Source: an uncultured Verrucomicrobiota bacterium (GTDB lineage Bacteria > Verrucomicrobiota > Kiritimatiellia > CAIQIC01 > CAZMXS01). Taken from it: 52,846 bases of DNA. Every line of letters starts with the position of its first letter. Position 1 is the stretch's first letter. Positions 45,822 to 52,846 of this stretch are shown piece after piece. Where the stretch lies: the NCBI GenBank assembly GCA_964570325.1, contig CAZMXS010000029.1, forward strand, positions 1-52,846, in the 5' to 3' direction. The notes under the pieces are model-generated. The model saw only the letters and a list, made by a program, of their open reading frames with translations. It ran no database searches and was not told where the DNA came from. The translations under genes were made by a program, and so were the position numbers.

Positions 45822-48293
45822 TCAGGCCGTCTTTTCCTTGGCCAACAGTTTCTTTTCCGGATGCCACAGCATGGCAATCGGAGTCGCCACGGCGATCGAA
45901 GAGTACGTGCCGATGATAATGCCGACGAACATCATCAGCGCGAAATCATTGATCGCGCCGCCGCCGAAAATCAACAAAGCCGCCACACTGATCAACGTAG
46001 TCAGGGAAGTCAGCAGCGTCCGGCTCAACGTCTGGTTCAAGCTGAGATTCGCCACCTCCGCGAACGGTTTGCCGCGGTACAATTTGACGTTTTCCCTAAT
46101 TCGGTCGAATACGACGATCGTATCGTTGACCGACCAGCCGATGATCGTCAGGATTGCCGCGATACTCGTGACGCTCAACTGCCGCCCCAGCAGGCAAAAG
46201 ACACCCACCGTGATAATCACGTCGTGGATCAACGCCACCACAGCGCCAACGGAGAACCCAAACTCAAACCGCCATGAGATGTAGATAATCATCCCGATCA
46301 GGGAAATCAGCACGGCGGTCAAACCCTTCTTCTGAAGCTCTTTGCCGACCTGCGGACCAACGCTGTCTTCCTGCAACACGCGGAACCCGGGGAAGGCATC
46401 GGTGATCGTCTTAACCGCCGTCTTGCCATCGGCGAACTGGGTCTTGATCTCCAGGTATTCCCGCGCCGTTTCCTCCGCCCCGGCCAGATGTTGCTTCTGG
46501 TATTGGATCAGCGCCTCCCGCACACCCGCTTTGGCCAACGCGTCGCGCACTTTCTCCACCGGCGCCTTTTCGGTGAACTCAAAGGTCATCGTGGCGCCGC
46601 CGGTGAAATCCACGCCAAAGTTCTTCTGGCCCTTCATCGCAAACACGACCATCGTGCCGATGATCAACGCCGCCGAGATGGCATAACAAACATACCGCAA
46701 CCCCACAAAATTGATCTTGGTCTCCTTGATCAACTGAAGCATTTTAACCTGCGGGATGGTGGTGTAGCGGGCCAGCAGATCGAAAATCATCCGGGTAACC
46801 ACGATCGCGGTGTACATGCTGACAGCCACACCGGCGGCCAGCGTCACGGCATAACCGCGGATCGGGCCGGAGCCCATCCAAAACATGATCACGCCCGCGA
46901 GAATCGTGGTGATGTTCGAGTCGAAGATCGCGCTGAAGGCCTTTTCATATCCGGCTGAAATCACCGTGCCAAACCGTTTTCCCTGGCGCTGCTCCTCGCG
47001 CATGCGCTCAAAGATCAGCACATTGGCATCCACCGCCATGCCGATGGTCAGCAGGATGCCGGCGATGCCGGGCAGGGTCAGCGTCGGCAGGCTGATCCCA
47101 CCGCCGCCGAGGTTGTTGCTGTCGAGAATGCTGAAGAACCCCGCCATGACCACCATGCCCAGCGGCAGCAGGATCAAGTTCAGCACCAGCGCCAGGTTGG
47201 CGATCATGCCGCCCAGCAGGTAGTAAACCGCCATGAAGGCCATGACAGCGATACCGCCGATGACGGCAGCCCGCTTGCCGCTCTCAATCGAGTCCTGCCC
47301 GAGCGACGGATCCACCGTGCGCTCCTCGACCACCTTGACCGGCGCCGGCAGCGAGCCGGCGCGCAGCACGATCGCCAGATCCTGCGCTTCCTTGAGCGTG
47401 AACGTGCCCTCGATGATGGCTTCGCCGCCGTGAATCGCGGTCTTGATGAACGGCGCGGAATAGAGCGTGCCGTCAAGCACAATGGCCAGGTAGCGCCGCC
47501 CGTTCGGATCGGGGTTCTTCGCGCCGCCCGGAGCGTAATCGGAGGTGACCGCCGCAAAACGCTTGGCCCCCTTGCCGTCAAACTTCAGGTTAACGATCGG
47601 TTGCCCGAACTGGTGATAGTCCACGCCGGCGTTCTTCAAGCTCTCGCCTGAAAGTTCGCGGCGTTTGTTGACGTAATAGGGACGAAAGAGCTCTTCCTTG
47701 TTGATATATTCCTTGTTCAGCAACAGCTCATATCCGGCCGGCGCCTGAAACAAGCGGGCCTTGGCCCGGACTTCAACCTCGGTGGCGCCCGCCGGATCCT
47801 TGGACGGATCGCGCTTCCAGAACTTGCCGCCGCGCATACCCGGACCGGCGTCATCCACCGTGACAATCCGGTACCCCTCGGCAACCTGGCCTTTCTCAAA
47901 GAGATCGCTAATCAACTCGTCATTCTTGGGATGAACCATCCGGAATTCAAGGAATGCCGCGCTTTGCAAGTTCTTGAGGGCACGCTCGCGGTCCTCGGTT
48001 TTCAGGCCGGGAATCTGCACGACGATCCGGTTGTTGCCGGCTTCGGGGTAGATGATCGGCTCGGCAATGCCCATCGCGTCAATGCGGTTGCGGATGACTT
48101 CCAGCGCCCGCTCGCGCGCATCTTTCAGCGCGTTGGGCTCCAATGCCGAGGTATCCACCTCCAGCAGATAACTCGTGCCGCCGCGTAAATCCAACCCCAG
48201 CTTGATCTTCTCATGCAACGGGGTAACCAGCACCAACGACCAGCAGACCAGCACAATCAATATCAGCCATTTCCAGATCGCATTCTTATCCAT
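45822..48293 (-). CDS. secDF: Protein translocase subunit SecDF (fused SecD-SecF)
   Basis: 823 aa; SecD periplasmic domain and two 6-TM SecD/SecF repeats. Confidence 0.9.
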   Translation of the reverse strand: MDKNAIWKWLILIVLVCWSLVLVTPLHEKIKLGLDLRGGTSYLLEVDTSALEPNALKDARERALEVIRNRIDAMGIAEPIIYPEAGNNRIVVQIPGLKTEDRERALKNLQSAAFLEFRMVHPKNDELISDLFEKGQVAEGYRIVTVDDAGPGMRGGKFWKRDPSKDPAGATEVEVRAKARLFQAPAGYELLLNKEYINKEELFRPYYVNKRRELSGESLKNAGVDYHQFGQPIVNLKFDGKGAKRFAAVTSDYAPGGAKNPDPNGRRYLAIVLDGTLYSAPFIKTAIHGGEAIIEGTFTLKEAQDLAIVLRAGSLPAPVKVVEERTVDPSLGQDSIESGKRAAVIGGIAVMAFMAVYYLLGGMIANLALVLNLILLPLGMVVMAGFFSILDSNNLGGGGISLPTLTLPGIAGILLTIGMAVDANVLIFERMREEQRQGKRFGTVISAGYEKAFSAIFDSNITTILAGVIMFWMGSGPIRGYAVTLAAGVAVSMYTAIVVTRMIFDLLARYTTIPQVKMLQLIKETKINFVGLRYVCYAISAALIIGTMVVFAMKGQKNFGVDFTGGATMTFEFTEKAPVEKVRDALAKAGVREALIQYQKQHLAGAEETAREYLEIKTQFADGKTAVKTITDAFPGFRVLQEDSVGPQVGKELQKKGLTAVLISLIGMIIYISWRFEFGFSVGAVVALIHDVIITVGVFCLLGRQLSVTSIAAILTIIGWSVNDTIVVFDRIRENVKLYRGKPFAEVANLSLNQTLSRTLLTSLTTLISVAALLIFGGGAINDFALMMFVGIIIGTYSSIAVATPIAMLWHPEKKLLAKEKTA

Positions 48294-48337
48294 GACACTA
48301 CCGTCCAGTTTGGGTTTTTATTTGAGTTGGAAAATCC

Positions 48338-48688
48338 TTATTTCTTGTCCTCGATCGGCGCCTCGCCCTTTTCCAACACCTGGCTCACAGCGGCGCGGCT
48401 GACCTCGATCTTGCAGTTGTCGGCCACTTTGATAATGAAAGTCTTATCCTTGACGTTGGTCACGATGCCAATAATGCCGCCGCTGAAGGCGACCTTGTCG
48501 CCGCTCTTGATGGCCTCCATCAGCGCGCGACGCTCTTTCTCCTTCTGCTGCTGCGGCCGAATCAGCATGAAGTAAAAGATCACGACCATGATGGCCAACC
48601 AGCCGAACATGAACACCGGCGACTGCTGTCCCTCCTGGCCGCCGCCCCCCATGCCGCCCATTGCCACTGTCATTATATAATCCAGCAT
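48338..48688 (-). CDS. yajC: Preprotein translocase subunit YajC
   Basis: Single TM then 'LIRPQQQKEKERRALMEAIKSGDKV...GGIIG.V' YajC signature. Confidence 0.85.
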   Translation of the reverse strand: MLDYIMTVAMGGMGGGGQEGQQSPVFMFGWLAIMVVIFYFMLIRPQQQKEKERRALMEAIKSGDKVAFSGGIIGIVTNVKDKTFIIKVADNCKIEVSRAAVSQVLEKGEAPIEDKK

Positions 48689-48735
48689 GAACAGACTCCT
48701 TTTTCTCCGAAATCACCATCTGCGTCGCGCCATCC

Positions 48736-50899
<2,164 letters not shown>

Positions 50900-50903
<4 letters not shown>

Positions 50904-51898
50904 GCGGCCGCCTCCGGCGCGCGCGCCAGCTCCGGGAAATGGCAGCTAACACGGCGCCCGCCGGCGAGCGCCTGTGATGCCGGGTCTTCCGCGCGACAGC
51001 GCGCCTGGCATTTGACGCACCGGGGATGGAACCGGCAACCGGCCGGCAGGCGGCCCAGGCCGGGAACCTGGCCTTCAATTCCACGCAGGCGGCCTTCGGC
51101 GGCTTCCAGGCGCGGAACAGCCTCCAACAAGGCCCGGGTATAAGGATGCGCGGGCGCGCCCAGGACTTCCGTCGCGGGACCGGCCTCCACTATCCGACCG
51201 GCATACATCACATTGATCTGGTCCGCGACACCCGCGACCAGGCCCAGATTGTGCGTGATCAGCAGCACCGCCATGTCCAATTCACGCTGTAAGGCGACGA
51301 GCAAATCTATGATCTGAGCCTGAATCGTGACATCCAGCGCCGTGGTCGGCTCGTCGGCAATGAGCAAGCGCGGCCGGCAGGCCAACGCCATCGCAATCAT
51401 CACGCGCTGTTGCATGCCGCCGCTGAGCTCATGGGGATAAGCGCGCGCAATCCGGTCCGGCTCCGGCAAACCAACCTGGTTCAAAAGCCGCTGTATTTCT
51501 CCGGATGGCGGGCCATCCGGCCGATGCAGGCGAAGGGCTTCCGTAATCTGGTCGCCGACGCGAAACACCGGATTCAGCGACTGGCCGGGCTCCTGGAAAA
51601 CATACGCAATTTCGCCGCCGCGCAACCGCCGCAAATCCGATTCGGCCATTGTTAATATATCACGCCCGCGATACAAAATACGGCCGCCGGTATAGTGGCC
51701 CGGCGGCTGCGGCACCAATCGGGCCAGCGCCAGCGCGGTGACGCTTTTACCGCAGCCACTTTCGCCCACCAGAGCGGCGATTTCGCGCGCATGCACGGTG
51801 AAACTGACGCCGTCCACCGCCCGCGCGGCATGCGCGCCGGCGCCGAATGCTATCCGGAGGTCCGTCACCTCTAGTATGGCTTGCTGGTCATGACTCAT
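50900..51898 (-). CDS. ABC transporter ATP-binding protein, oligopeptide/dipeptide type (DppD/OppD-like)
   Basis: Walker A '[10 protein letters not shown]', signature '[15 protein letters not shown]', C-terminal Opp-type Cys-containing extension; overlaps downstream ATPase gene by 4 nt. Confidence 0.85.
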
Positions 51899-52106
51899 GC
51901 TGCGCCCGAAAAATGAAAAAACGGGCTGAATATAGGCGTTGGCGCCAACGACATAAAGGACGAAAAGGGCCTAAAGTGCAAGCCGCGCGCGAAGGGCGCG
52001 TTTTTGAGTTAGCCCATGGGCAAAGGCGCCGGCGGTCCCGTTTCGATACGCATTATCGCGGGCGCCCGCGCGCCGTCTCGGCCGGCTCGTTGTTGTTGCT
52101 CATCCG

Positions 52107-52823
52107 TCAGCGGCGGAGCAGTTGTAGCAGCAGGCCGCCAAGCATACCGCCGGCGTGGCAGACCGCCACCGGATAGCCCACGTTGCCCAGGTGCAGGAAC
52201 GACAGGCAGACCCCGCCGGTCCAGGCTTCAAAAACGCACTTGCCGAGGAGGATCAGGAGGGCCGCAAGACCCAGCCAATGAATCTCGCGCTGGCCCGGAT
52301 CGCGCAGCAGGTCAACGGCCACGACTGCCAGCAGGCCATGCCCCACGCCGGAGAGGCCGCACAAGCCCTGCGCCGCCACCGCCGGGCAGGCCAGGACGGA
52401 AACCACCAGGCTGCCGGCGGCGCAAGCTCCAAAAACCGTCAACCGCCGCCAAGGGCCGCGTGCCGCCGGCATTGTGTAAAGCGAAAAAAACGCGCCGGCA
52501 TCGAGCAACAGGTGATACCAACTGACATGCACAAAAGGATGGGTGAACAAACGCCACCATTCGCCGCCGGCCACCGCAGCCGGTAGGAAAATCAATGCGG
52601 CAGCGCAGCGCCCAAACACTAACGGCAGGTTGCAACAAACGACCGCCAGCGCGAGCAGCCAGACGTCAAATCGGGTGTGCCAGTTAAACCCGGCGAACCA
52701 CCCCACACCCGCCCCCGAGCCGGGCAAGGAATCCAGATTCAAACTGGAATGGGAAAGCCACTCCCCCACGCGGTGGGCAAGGATCGGGCCGGGGCGACAT
52801 TGGCTGGGGAATGTGGTTTTCAT
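52107..52823 (-). CDS. Rhomboid-family intramembrane serine protease (small, rhombosortase-like size)
   Basis: 'FTHPFVHVSWYHLLLDAGAFFSLY' resembles the rhomboid TM2 region; 'GLSGVGHGLLAV' GxSG catalytic Ser motif; downstream His-containing TM. Confidence 0.55.
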   Translation of the reverse strand: MKTTFPSQCRPGPILAHRVGEWLSHSSLNLDSLPGSGAGVGWFAGFNWHTRFDVWLLALAVVCCNLPLVFGRCAAALIFLPAAVAGGEWWRLFTHPFVHVSWYHLLLDAGAFFSLYTMPAARGPWRRLTVFGACAAGSLVVSVLACPAVAAQGLCGLSGVGHGLLAVVAVDLLRDPGQREIHWLGLAALLILLGKCVFEAWTGGVCLSFLHLGNVGYPVAVCHAGGMLGGLLLQLLRR

Positions 52824-52846
52824 TTTCGTTTCCCTTTGGGAAAACG

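Noticed and set aside
45795-45838. Hairpin CCCGCCA...TGGCGGG plus CTTTTCC in the convergent glgX/secDF spacer as a bidirectional terminator
   Set aside because: The stem abuts the secDF stop codon and the T-run is short and displaced. It is plausible but weak.
51985-52005. Terminator-like hairpin CGCGC-gaagg-GCGCG followed by TTTTT on the plus strand between the dppD-like start and the rhomboid stop
   Set aside because: Orientation is wrong for the minus-strand rhomboid gene and no plus-strand gene precedes it. The stem is only 5 bp. It could be an antisense/sRNA terminator, but support is insufficient.

Overview
This 52.8-kb window is GC-rich (about 65% by eye) and gene-dense with almost no non-coding DNA. 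I support about 41 protein-coding genes, mostly on the minus strand, and found no rRNA, tRNA, CRISPR, transposase or integrase. Lipid A genes (lpxA, fabZ), a secretin, several beta-barrel outer-membrane proteins and a fused SecDF show a diderm bacterium. The gene content is also consistent with the PVC superphylum, but that is a tentative guess with no search behind it.

Housekeeping blocks recognisable from motifs:
- a secreted PPC-repeat protein, an NfeD-like protein, flotillin and a cupin in one minus-strand operon;
- a beta-barrel outer-membrane protein, a [2Fe-2S] ferredoxin and a malic enzyme in one coupled unit;
- fabZ-lpxA translationally fused to a minimal type II secretion core gspD-gspE-gspF;
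- a DinG-like helicase;
- amtB-glnK behind a near-consensus sigma-54 promoter and a strongly AT-rich upstream island;
- a HU-like gene followed by hisS-aspS;
- glgX;
- dppD/dppF-like ABC ATPases running into tgt-yajC-secDF;
- a rhomboid-family protease at the window edge.

The most unusual region is 23.7-35.9 kb. It is a minus-strand carbohydrate-active-enzyme locus made of an AraC-family regulator, a CE2-like SGNH esterase and two giant secreted multidomain proteins of 1702 and 1292 aa. Their likely modules are CBM-like domains, a sialate-O-acetylesterase-type (SASA) esterase, a GH26-like domain, a GH16-like domain and an internally duplicated 230-aa domain. Both end in the same TSP3-like calcium-binding linker plus a terminal beta-sandwich whose last residues read Y-x-R-L-x-V-x-P. 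Several intergenic repeat and palindrome motifs look like operator sites. A second candidate novel unit is a secreted FG-GAP-repeat protein translationally coupled to an uncharacterised membrane protein (41.0-43.5 kb). All functional calls rest on motifs read directly from the six-frame translations; no database search was possible.
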